Assembly: GCA_965116355.1 (NCBI GenBank)
Contig: OZ220679.1
Span: 1,204,752 to 1,268,751, forward strand
DNA from: Dehalococcoidia bacterium
GTDB taxonomy: Bacteria > Chloroflexota > Dehalococcoidia > Lucifugimonadales > UBA1127
Direction: 5' to 3'
Length of the DNA: 64,000 bases
Within the stretch, counting starts at the first letter, position 1. Each line of letters opens with the position of its first letter. Below, piece by piece: positions 9,527 through 17,923 of this stretch. Under the pieces are notes generated by a model, which saw only the letters and a list, made by a program, of their open reading frames with translations, was not told where the DNA came from and did no database searches. Position numbers and translations under genes: made by a program.

Positions 9527-10495
9527 ATGCCGAACGCCAGGGTCACGACGCACGTGGACGCCGACGAGGCTGTCGGGGCCGACGACGTCGTCTCGTCGGT
9601 GCAGCGCGCGCTGCTGGCGTGGTTCGAGGGGGCGCAGCGGCGGCTGCCGTGGCGCGAGACGACCGACGGCTACGCCATCCTCGTGTCGGAGGTCATGCTG
9701 CAGCAGACGCAGGTGGAGCGCGTCGTGCCCGTCTACCACGCCTTCCTCCAGCGCTTCCCCACCTTCGAAAGCCTCGCCGCCGCCCCGCCGTCCGAGGTCA
9801 TTCGCGCGTGGGCGGGCATGGGCTACAACCGCCGCGCGCTCAACCTGCAGCGCGCGGCGCAGGCGGTGGTCGAACTGCACGGCGGCGCGCTGCCCCGCGA
9901 CCCGAAGGCGCTGCGGGCGCTCCCCGGCGTCGGCGCGTACACGGCGAACGCGCTGGCGTGCTTCGCGCTCGGCGAGCAGGCGGCGGTGGTCGACACCAAC
10001 GTGCGCCGGGTGCTGGGACGCGTCTTCCACTGGCCCTCGGCGCCAACGGACCGCGAGGCGGCGGAGACTGCGCGGCGCGTGCTGCCCGAGGGCAGGGCGT
10101 GGGCGTGGAATCAGGCGCTGATGGACCTCGGCGCGACGGTGTGCACGGCGCGGCGGCCGGCGTGCCTGCTGTGCCCGCTGCGGGAGCGCTGCCCCGCCGC
10201 CGGCGCTCTCGATGCCGAGCCCGCCTCGGCCGTCGCCGAGGGCCGCGTCGCGTACCGCCCCAAGACGGAGCGGTTCGAGGGGTCGAGCCGCTATTACCGC
10301 GGGCGGGCCGTGGCGCACCTGCGCTCGCTGCCCGACGGGGCGTCGTGCGGCGTCGCGGAGCTGGGGGCCGCAGTGAAGGCGGACTACTCGGACGCCGACG
10401 GCGCGTGGCTGCGCTCGCTGCTGGAGGGGCTCGCGCGGGACGGGCTCGCCGCCCTGCACGACGACGGCGGCGAGACGCGGGTGAGCCTGCCGTAG
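9527..10495 (+). CDS. mutY: A/G-specific adenine glycosylase
   Basis: LPWR, VSEVMLQQTQV, WAGMGYNRRA, LPGVGAYTA, VDTNVRRV, 4Fe-4S motif CTARRPACLLCPLRERC. Confidence 0.92.
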   Translation: MPNARVTTHVDADEAVGADDVVSSVQRALLAWFEGAQRRLPWRETTDGYAILVSEVMLQQTQVERVVPVYHAFLQRFPTFESLAAAPPSEVIRAWAGMGYNRRALNLQRAAQAVVELHGGALPRDPKALRALPGVGAYTANALACFALGEQAAVVDTNVRRVLGRVFHWPSAPTDREAAETARRVLPEGRAWAWNQALMDLGATVCTARRPACLLCPLRERCPAAGALDAEPASAVAEGRVAYRPKTERFEGSSRYYRGRAVAHLRSLPDGASCGVAELGAAVKADYSDADGAWLRSLLEGLARDGLAALHDDGGETRVSLP

Positions 10496-10544
10496 GCGCG
10501 GCTCCTTGTGGCGGGTGTGGGCCGCCCTGTGTACCATAGCCGCA

Positions 10545-11501
10545 ATGTCAGACTCGGAAAGGGACCCCATGCCGGACACGGCCACGTGGCTCATGGAAGC
10601 CGAGGAGTGCGCGGTGCAGCTCGCCCGCGAGGCGGGCCGCCTGCTCATGGAGCGGTTCCAGCGCCCCATGGCCATCGAGTACAAGGACAAGGAGGGCTGG
10701 CGCGACCCGGTCACCGAGGCCGACCGCGCCGCCGAGACTTTCCTTTCCGCCGAGCTTGCCGCCCGCTTCCCCGACCACGGCTTCGTCGGCGAGGAGGGCG
10801 AGGGCCGCGAGGCGGGCGAGGCGGGGCTGACGTGGCTTGTCGACCCGCTGGACGGCACGACGAACTTCGCCAACGGGCTGCCGTCCTTCTGCTGCTCCAT
10901 CGCGCTGCTGGAGCACGGCGAGCCGGTGGTCGGCGCCGTTTTCATGCCCTGGCCGGACACGCCGGGCGGCCGCGTCTTCCACGCCCGAAAGGGCGGCGGC
11001 GCGTGGGAGAACGAGGAGCGGCTGCAGGTCGCGCCGGGCGAGAAACCCGTCGCGGGGCGCGTGACGGTGCGGGGCGGGTTCATCCCCGGCCGGTTCCGGC
11101 CCAGCAGGGAGCTGCTGAAGAATGCCGGGCAGCAGCGCTCCGTCGGCAGCACGGCCTACGAGCTCGCGCTAACGGCCGACGGCACGTACCAGTTCACGCT
11201 GCACGCCACGCCGCACTCGTGGGACGTGGCCGCGGGCGTCGTCCTCGTGCGCGAGGCCGGGGGGGCCGTCGTCAGCCGCGACCGTCAGGGCTGGGGGCCG
11301 CTGACGTCGTTTCTGGGCGCACCGGCCAACGGCGACGCGGTCAAGCAGCTCCGCGACTGGCGGCAACCGGTGCTGTCCGGCAACGCCGACATGGTGCGGT
11401 TTGTGCAGGAGGGGCTGCTGCCGCTGCCGCTGACCACGCGCGTCGTGCGGGGCGCGAAGCGGGCGCTCCGGCCGCCGCGCCGCAGCGGCGCATCCTCGTA
11501 G
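10545..11501 (+). CDS. Inositol monophosphatase family protein (SuhB-like)
   Basis: DPVTEAD, GEEG, WLVDPLDGTTNF, WDVAAG. Confidence 0.9.
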   Translation: MSDSERDPMPDTATWLMEAEECAVQLAREAGRLLMERFQRPMAIEYKDKEGWRDPVTEADRAAETFLSAELAARFPDHGFVGEEGEGREAGEAGLTWLVDPLDGTTNFANGLPSFCCSIALLEHGEPVVGAVFMPWPDTPGGRVFHARKGGGAWENEERLQVAPGEKPVAGRVTVRGGFIPGRFRPSRELLKNAGQQRSVGSTAYELALTADGTYQFTLHATPHSWDVAAGVVLVREAGGAVVSRDRQGWGPLTSFLGAPANGDAVKQLRDWRQPVLSGNADMVRFVQEGLLPLPLTTRVVRGAKRALRPPRRSGASS

Positions 11502-11518
11502 GAGCGTGCCGACCACCG

Positions 11519-11815
11519 ATGGCCTTCTTCGCGCTCATCACCGGGACGCTCTTCTGGCTGGTGGTCTTCTTCTGCCTGATGGCCGCCGCCTACGTCTTCA
11601 TCCGGGACGACTTCGGCGTCAAGGGCGTGCTGGAGGCCGCCATATTCATCGGGCTGATGGTCGTCGTGGGGATGCCGCTGCACATGATTGCCAGGCGGCT
11701 CAGCGGCCGGGCGATGGCAGCGGCGGCGGAGACGGCGACGGGAGAGCCTACGAGCGCCGCGCCGATCGAGGAGGGCTCGGCGCGGCGGCGCCGGCGGCGA
11801 CGGGGGCGGCGGTAG
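11519..11815 (+). CDS. Small two-TM membrane protein with Arg-rich C-terminus
   Basis: ATG after a GGAG RBS; MAFFALITGTLFWLVVFF; two hydrophobic segments. Confidence 0.65.
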   Translation: MAFFALITGTLFWLVVFFCLMAAAYVFIRDDFGVKGVLEAAIFIGLMVVVGMPLHMIARRLSGRAMAAAAETATGEPTSAAPIEEGSARRRRRRRGRR

Positions 11816-11822
11816 GAAACAG

Positions 11823-12269
11823 CTACCTCTCCCGCTCTTCCACCGACGCGTCCTGCGGCTGCGGCGACCACCGGAGCACGGACTCGGCATCCGTGTCCAC
11901 GAGCAGGGAGAAGGGCATCGACGCGGCGTACCGCCTGTCGCCAAGCAGGGGCACGCTGACGTCGATGGTCACGGACGCGGTGGCGATGAGCCGGCACCTG
12001 CCGTCGGGCTCGCACTCCGGCTCCCCGTAGGCCCACGTGACCGAGTCCTGGATCCGGTCCGCCAGAACGTCACCGGCCACCTGCGTCAGGATTGGGTAGT
12101 CGCCGATGACCAACCGGGCAAACTCCTCGGAGACCGGGTCAACGTTGTCGGTGACCCAGTCCGTCGCGACCCTTGTGGCGACCGCCTCCTGATTCGCTTC
12201 GCACGCCATGACGGCGCCAACGGCGACGCAGGCGAGGACGAACGACGTCAGCCTGAGTTTTCTATGCAT
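11823..12269 (-). CDS. Putative lipoprotein
   Basis: Signal peptide ending in a lipobox-like VMAC; typical codon usage. Confidence 0.6.
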   Translation of the reverse strand: MHRKLRLTSFVLACVAVGAVMACEANQEAVATRVATDWVTDNVDPVSEEFARLVIGDYPILTQVAGDVLADRIQDSVTWAYGEPECEPDGRCRLIATASVTIDVSVPLLGDRRYAASMPFSLLVDTDAESVLRWSPQPQDASVEERER

Positions 12270-12300
12270 GAGGCGCAGGCTCCTCCGGTTCGGCACGCCG

Positions 12301-13050
12301 CTACATCCACGGCCACGGCAGGCGGGCGTTGCGGGGGTCCGGGAAGGTGGGCTCGTCGAGAATGAGGGCGAGCCGGTGGCGGAGGGCCTCCAGCTCCTTC
12401 GCGTGCAGCAGGTCGACGATGGGCAGCACCGCGTCGTCGGCCCGGTCAAGCATCTCCTGCAGGCGGCAGAGGTCCTGCACGAGCTCGTCGGGCACGGGCT
12501 CGCCCGCGAAGTCCCAAATGACCGTGCGCAGCTTGGGGTACGGGTGGAACGTCAGGCCGTGGTCGATGCCCCAGACGCGCTCGTCCGTGCCGAGGATGGT
12601 GTGGCCCGCCTTCCGGTCGGCGTTGTTGGTGAGCAGGTCGAAGAGGCATATGCGCGGGAACTGCTCCTCGTAGCCCTCGCGCAGCGTGAAGTAGTGGTCG
12701 CGGGGGTTGTGGTCGACGTAGCGCTGCATGGAGCCCTCGCCGTGCGGCCCGTCGCGGAGGATGGTGCGCGGGATGAAGTGCCAGCCGAGGGCCTCCGCCA
12801 GCAGGTACGACGCGCACTCGCGCAGGTGCAGCGTGCCGTGGGGGAAGTCCCACAGGGGCACCTCGCCCTTGCGTGGTTTGTAGATGGCCTTGATCTGCTC
12901 GCCGTCCTCGCCCTGCAGGCAGACGACGAAGGTGTAGTTGGAGCCGAGGGGCGTAAGGTCGCAGGTGACGGCCTCGCCGCTCTCCAGCAGCGAGTCCTTG
13001 GGCCATGAGGGAGGCTCCAGCCAGGCGGGCACAGGCAAGGCTCCTTCCAC
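12301..13050 (-). CDS. SCO1664-family PI3/4-kinase-like protein
   Basis: GSNYTF, IYKPRKGEVPLWDFP, NNADRKAGH, GIDHGLTFH, C-terminal PWP. Confidence 0.88.
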   Translation of the reverse strand: MEGALPVPAWLEPPSWPKDSLLESGEAVTCDLTPLGSNYTFVVCLQGEDGEQIKAIYKPRKGEVPLWDFPHGTLHLRECASYLLAEALGWHFIPRTILRDGPHGEGSMQRYVDHNPRDHYFTLREGYEEQFPRICLFDLLTNNADRKAGHTILGTDERVWGIDHGLTFHPYPKLRTVIWDFAGEPVPDELVQDLCRLQEMLDRADDAVLPIVDLLHAKELEALRHRLALILDEPTFPDPRNARLPWPWM

Positions 13051-13131
13051 GTCACCGCTCAGACCAGTATTGGCCCATTACACACAGGCCCCGCCGCCGG
13101 GTCAAGGCACCGTCTTGCCATGGCAGGACGC

Positions 13132-14442
13132 TTACACCCCCGTCGGCGCGGAGGGGACAGGCGGACGGCGCAGTGGCCGCACCTGCGACCCCAGCACTAT
13201 GGTCACGATCCAGACGACGACGGCAAAGCCGAACAGCAGCGCGTACTCGGCGTAGATGTCGAACAGCAGGCCGAACAGCCACGGCCCGCCGAAGGTGGCG
13301 AGGTTGTTCACCGTCGCGTTGACGCCGCGGATGGCGCCCAGGTGCTGCCGCCCGAAGGTGTTGGAGACGAAGACTTGGCTGACGACGAAGAAAGAGTTGA
13401 GGCCGAAACCCAGGTAGATCATTGTGACGAACATCATTCCGGTGCTCTGGAACTGTGACACCAGTGAGACGAGGAAGAGGCCGCTCGCCACGATGCTGCA
13501 CACGGCGATGAACGGCTTCTGCGGGCCGTGCCGGTCCGCCAGCGAGCCGAACACGAAGCCCATGACGATGGCGGGAATGGCGTAGGCGCTGATGGACGCT
13601 GCCGCCGTGGTGGCGTCGAAGCCGAGGGAGACGAAAAAGGGCTGGAAGTTGGGGATCATGCCCCGGATGGCCAGCGTCGCGAGGCCGATGGCCACGATGA
13701 GCAACCAGAACTGCCTGGTGCGCAGGGCCTCGCGGCGGGTGAGGCTCACCTCCGTCGCGGCGGTGATGCGCCCGCTGGGGCCGGCGCTCTGCCGACCCGG
13801 CGCCGGCGGAGGGGCGTCCTCCTTGTCGCCGTCGGGGCGAAGGCCCACGTCCTCCGGCGCGCGGATGATGAAGAAGGCGCCGGGGCCCGCCAGCACAATC
13901 AGCGCCACGCCCATGACGGCCCAGGCGTCGCGCCAGCCGACGGTCTCGACCAGCCACGTCAGCACCAGCGGGAACAGCAGCGGGCCGACGGAGAACCCGG
14001 CGGACACCGTCGCCTGCGCGATGCCGCGCTTGCGCACGAACCACTTCGGCACGACGACGAGCGCCATCGCGACGGTGAAGCGACCCAGCCCGCCGACGAT
14101 GCCGAAGATGAAGACGTAGCCGTAAGGGTTGCCGGCCACGTTCATGTACAGCAGCGACGCGCCGAAGAGCAGTATGCCGCCCAGCGCCAGCAGCGGCGGG
14201 CCGTTCTTTGTGTCGGCCCAGGGGCCCACGATGATGCCGAGGGGCGTCGTCACGATGGCGCCGACCAGGAGCGGCAGGAAGACGAGGCTGCGGTCCCAGC
14301 CCAGGTCCTCCTGCATGGGCGTCACGAAGACCCCCAGCCCCCACGACGTCATGCCGACGTTGAACGCGCCGAAGACGAAGCCGAAGGCGACGATCACCCA
14401 GCCGTAGTAGAAGGGCGTCTTCCGGGCCAGCGCCGCCCTCAT
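13132..14442 (-). CDS. MFS transporter
   Basis: FYYGWVIV start, about 12 TM segments, KWFVRKRGIA, PEDVGLRPDG. Confidence 0.9.
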   Translation of the reverse strand: MRAALARKTPFYYGWVIVAFGFVFGAFNVGMTSWGLGVFVTPMQEDLGWDRSLVFLPLLVGAIVTTPLGIIVGPWADTKNGPPLLALGGILLFGASLLYMNVAGNPYGYVFIFGIVGGLGRFTVAMALVVVPKWFVRKRGIAQATVSAGFSVGPLLFPLVLTWLVETVGWRDAWAVMGVALIVLAGPGAFFIIRAPEDVGLRPDGDKEDAPPPAPGRQSAGPSGRITAATEVSLTRREALRTRQFWLLIVAIGLATLAIRGMIPNFQPFFVSLGFDATTAAASISAYAIPAIVMGFVFGSLADRHGPQKPFIAVCSIVASGLFLVSLVSQFQSTGMMFVTMIYLGFGLNSFFVVSQVFVSNTFGRQHLGAIRGVNATVNNLATFGGPWLFGLLFDIYAEYALLFGFAVVVWIVTIVLGSQVRPLRRPPVPSAPTGV

Positions 14443-15194
14443 GGCGCGCCCTCCCCCGCCGGCCCCTCGACGGGCTTTGACAGGAGGGGGAAGGCGGCGT
14501 GTTGCAGGCGCGGCCACGCCCACGCCAAGACGATGATGACAACGGCGCCGAAAAGGTACGCGCCGAGGACGTCGCTGGGCCAGTGGCGCTCGAGATGGAC
14601 GCGGGACAGGCCGACGAGCACGGGCCAGACGAGCACGGCGGCCAGCAGGACGCGCCTGCGCGAGAGCGCCTTGAGCGTCGGAGCGGCCAGCAGCCAGAGG
14701 AGACCGGACGTGAGCATGGCGTGCATCGTATGGCCGCTTGGGAAACTCTCGCCCCCGCCGGTCGGGTCCTCGAGCGGACGGGGGCGGTCGACGACGTCTT
14801 TGAACGCCTCGTTCAGGCCCATGACGCCGAGGCCGACGACCACCAGCAGCCCGGCGCGCCAGCCCAGCCGCCACGCGGCCAGTGCGGCGCCGGCCAGCAT
14901 GGTGACGATGACCATGGCGTACTCGCCGGGGAAGGAGACGGTCTCCATGAAGGCGTCGTAGGCGGGGGCGGAGAAACCCAGCAGCCACGCGGCCAGCGCC
15001 CGGTCCCAGCCGAAGGACGGCTCCTGGCTCGCCGCCACGGCCAGCACGGCGAGGGACGGCGCCAGCAGAACGAGGACAAGGGGCCGCCAGTGGCGGACGG
15101 CTGGGTTGACCGGCGCACCGTCCGGGTTGCTCAAGGGCTTTCCTGCCTGTGGAAGGATGCCCAAGAGGGTACTCGACGGCGGTAGGGGCGGCAA
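14439..15194 (-). CDS. PAP2-family phosphatase
   Basis: K...RPRP, SFPSGH, SRVHLERHWPSDV; start uncertain. Confidence 0.85.
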   Translation of the reverse strand: MPPLPPSSTLLGILPQAGKPLSNPDGAPVNPAVRHWRPLVLVLLAPSLAVLAVAASQEPSFGWDRALAAWLLGFSAPAYDAFMETVSFPGEYAMVIVTMLAGAALAAWRLGWRAGLLVVVGLGVMGLNEAFKDVVDRPRPLEDPTGGGESFPSGHTMHAMLTSGLLWLLAAPTLKALSRRRVLLAAVLVWPVLVGLSRVHLERHWPSDVLGAYLFGAVVIIVLAWAWPRLQHAAFPLLSKPVEGPAGEGAP

Positions 15195-15199
15195 GCGTG

Positions 15200-16489
15200 C
15201 TACTCGGCTGCTGGCGGCAGCGTGTCGAGGTAGTCGAGGAACTCCTGGTAGCTGGAGAACTGGCCGATGCGGCGGACGAAATCGCCCACGCTGTCCGTGT
15301 GCTCGCGGAAGCGGCGCACCTGCGCGCCGATGGGGCTCGACGATGCGGGGCTCTCGGCGTAGGTGCCGTGGAAGGCGAAGTAGGCCTGGTTCAGCACGCG
15401 GATGGCGTAGCCGTGCTCGACGAAGAGCCGGCGCCGCTCCTCCATATAGGCCTCCGCCTCCTCGATCTTGCCTTCCTCGAGCAGCTCGTCGGTGCGCAGA
15501 CGGGTCTCGCGCATCTCGCCCGCGAAGTCGAATTCTTGGGGCTCGTCGTCGCGGTCGTCCTCCGTAACACTCGGCGCGGGGACGGGCGCGGGCGGCGGGT
15601 ACCCGAGGTTCACGAGGGCGAGGTCGCCAAGCTCCCGCCCCGCCAAATCGGCGGCGGTCTCATTCAGTGAGGCCATCTCCGGCGAGTCGTAGTAGGCCCG
15701 GCCAAAGGGATGGAAGAACCAGTAGTGGTGCAGCCACTCGTGGGCGATGGTGTGGACGGCGGCGCGGAAGGACTGCGAGTCGGATATGAGCGCCGGGTAC
15801 GTCGCCAGCCCACCAATGCGGGTGACGACGGCGGACCGGTCCTGCGCGGGCCCGACGGCGGCCTCCAGCTCCTCCATCCGAAGAGGGGTGATGTCCGCCT
15901 TGAGCAGGCGTGCCTCCTCATTGACGATGCGGTCGCGGGGGGAGACGACGATGAGCTGCGGGACGCGCGTTATCTTGAACGAGACCGGCGGGAAGAGGGG
16001 GCGCAGCGGACCCCAGCCGCTCTCCAGGTCCTCGGAGCGTAGGGCGTCCGACACCGCCTCGCCAATGGTCAGCTCAACCAGGTCGGCGAGGGAGTCGCGC
16101 TCCCGCCGGAGCGCCTCCACCTCCGCCTGCAGTCGGGCGGACTCCGGGTGCTCGGCGCCGTCGCGCGCCACGGCGAGCCGGAGCTGCCACTGGATGCGGC
16201 GCGCCCGGTCGCCGAGCTCGAAGTAGCGCTCGACGGCGTCAAGCCGCTCGCTCTCAAAGGGCGTGACGCCGCCGGGCAGCAGGTCGAGCAAGGCGTCCTG
16301 GGCGCCGTCCAGCAGGTTCAGCGCCATCCACTCGACGAGGCCGAAGCGGTCGCGGTAGATGGCCTCCTCGGTGTGCGTGCGGCGGACGGTGTCGGCGTCG
16401 AGGGTCAGCGCAATGAGCGCGAACAGCAACACGAGCGCCGTCCAGCGCCGCACGTGGGCGTGGGAGCGCAGCTCGGCGAACGCCGCCAT
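15200..16489 (-). CDS. Membrane-anchored putative zinc metallopeptidase (HExxH)
   Basis: N-terminal TM, AHEWLHH followed by NETAAD; coiled coil. Confidence 0.65.
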   Translation of the reverse strand: MAAFAELRSHAHVRRWTALVLLFALIALTLDADTVRRTHTEEAIYRDRFGLVEWMALNLLDGAQDALLDLLPGGVTPFESERLDAVERYFELGDRARRIQWQLRLAVARDGAEHPESARLQAEVEALRRERDSLADLVELTIGEAVSDALRSEDLESGWGPLRPLFPPVSFKITRVPQLIVVSPRDRIVNEEARLLKADITPLRMEELEAAVGPAQDRSAVVTRIGGLATYPALISDSQSFRAAVHTIAHEWLHHYWFFHPFGRAYYDSPEMASLNETAADLAGRELGDLALVNLGYPPPAPVPAPSVTEDDRDDEPQEFDFAGEMRETRLRTDELLEEGKIEEAEAYMEERRRLFVEHGYAIRVLNQAYFAFHGTYAESPASSSPIGAQVRRFREHTDSVGDFVRRIGQFSSYQEFLDYLDTLPPAAE

Positions 16490-16576
16490 GGACCGGCCCC
16501 AGAAAGACTCAGGTCGCATATAACCATTATGCTTGCGGCATCGGCGGAAAGCGCAAGCGGGGAGACCCGGTGCGGT

Positions 16577-16605
16577 TTGACACCCCCCAATGCCCATGCT
16601 AGATT
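16577..16605 (+). promoter_or_regulatory. Sigma70-type promoter
   Basis: TTGACA-17bp-TAGATT with a TG extension. Confidence 0.65.
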
Positions 16606-16823
16606 GAATTTGCCCGTCCTCCCCGCCATGCGTGTGCATCTTTCCTGCAATGCAATGGACCCGGCGAGGCGGAGTTTTCCACGAGAAACCGGTGTCATGC
16701 GTTTCGGCATTTCCCCGGCATCGGCCAGAAGCGTCAACGCCGCGGCGAGTCGACCTCGCCGGGGCGTAGTCCCCCCATCCCGCCACCCCGGTTCGGCATG
16801 CAGCGACACGAAGGAGCGCCACA

Positions 16824-17258
16824 ATGGATGACGACCTGCAGGTAGACATGGAGCGCGTGCTGGAGAGCATCCGGGAGGCGGACGTCATCTCCATCCTGTT
16901 CACCATGTTCCGCAAGAGCCTTGTGGTGGACGTGCGGCCCCACCATGCGGAGCCGCCCTTCGTCCGCATTGCGCCCCAGTCGCGGGGGCCGGAGGACCGG
17001 CTGCGCTACATCCGTCGCCAGCGGCCCAGCCTGCCGCGCCCGACCAAGGTCACCATGTTCCCGTGGTCCAAGAGCGTCGGCAGCTTCGAGCGGCTGGGCA
17101 TCCACGAGGCGCTGCGCCAGCGAATTGAGGAGACCGGCTACTTCCCCGCCGTCGACGAGTGCATTGCCGCGCTGCGTGAGCTGTACCAGCTGGAGCGGCA
17201 GGAGATGGTCGCCGTCATCCGCGGCGAGAACTACTACACGGTATGGTCCCGGGCGTAG
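16824..17258 (+). CDS. Hypothetical protein
   Basis: AAGGAG RBS, high-GC3 codon usage, 144 aa. Confidence 0.75.
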   Translation: MDDDLQVDMERVLESIREADVISILFTMFRKSLVVDVRPHHAEPPFVRIAPQSRGPEDRLRYIRRQRPSLPRPTKVTMFPWSKSVGSFERLGIHEALRQRIEETGYFPAVDECIAALRELYQLERQEMVAVIRGENYYTVWSRA

Positions 17259-17261
17259 GGG

Positions 17262-17513
17262 CTATTTACCGTAGCGGTCAATGAGTTCCTGAAGGCCCTT
17301 GCGGCCTATTTGCGTCTGCTTGACGCCGAGAATCACGCCCAGAATCTTATCCGCCAGATCTGTTGACTTATCCGGGATGATGGTAGTCCGGCGGCCGGAT
17401 TCTCCGGGAAACACCTTCCACATGAGGAATCCATGGTTCGCCCGTCTCTCTATTTGCCAGCCATCCTTGAGCAATAGCTCTGCCAAGTCCTTTCCGGAAA
17501 TCGCGATTGGCAT
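17262..17513 (-). CDS. HicA-family toxin
   Basis: ISGKDLAELLLKDGW...ANHG, ILGVIL; lower GC. Confidence 0.7.
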   Translation of the reverse strand: MPIAISGKDLAELLLKDGWQIERRANHGFLMWKVFPGESGRRTTIIPDKSTDLADKILGVILGVKQTQIGRKGLQELIDRYGK

Positions 17514-17516
17514 GAG

Positions 17517-17837
17517 CTAGAGCGGGGCTCCTATTGTCACGTAGGTATTTGCGGCATATTCCTGACCAAGGTCTGCGACGGGAAGGGGTTTGATGCCGCG
17601 CTCGCTCAAGAACTCTTCAATGCAGCCCATCTTGTCGACACCATTGACGTGCAGGTCGACGAGTTCGTAGAGCTCTTTGCGGACGTCCTCAAGGGTATCC
17701 GCACAGGTGGCTGTGCCCAATTCAAGACACTCGCCAGTCCACTGATTCCCCTCTTGATCGAACTCGGCGGTGAGGATCAGAACCTCTGTCACGACCCTCT
17801 CTGAATAGTGGAGCATGGCAAAGCTCTCACGAAGCAT
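17517..17837 (-). CDS. HicB-like antitoxin
   Basis: WTGECLELGTATCADTLEDVRKEL, RNase H-like HicB pattern; GGAGGT RBS. Confidence 0.7.
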   Translation of the reverse strand: MLRESFAMLHYSERVVTEVLILTAEFDQEGNQWTGECLELGTATCADTLEDVRKELYELVDLHVNGVDKMGCIEEFLSERGIKPLPVADLGQEYAANTYVTIGAPL

Positions 17838-17923
17838 ATCTCCACCTCCCTAGTCCAGAACGTTGCAGGGAACAAGCCGGTTCCCTCCCCGGGCTTGCGT
17901 CCGTGCGCTGTGCGAGGCTTCCC

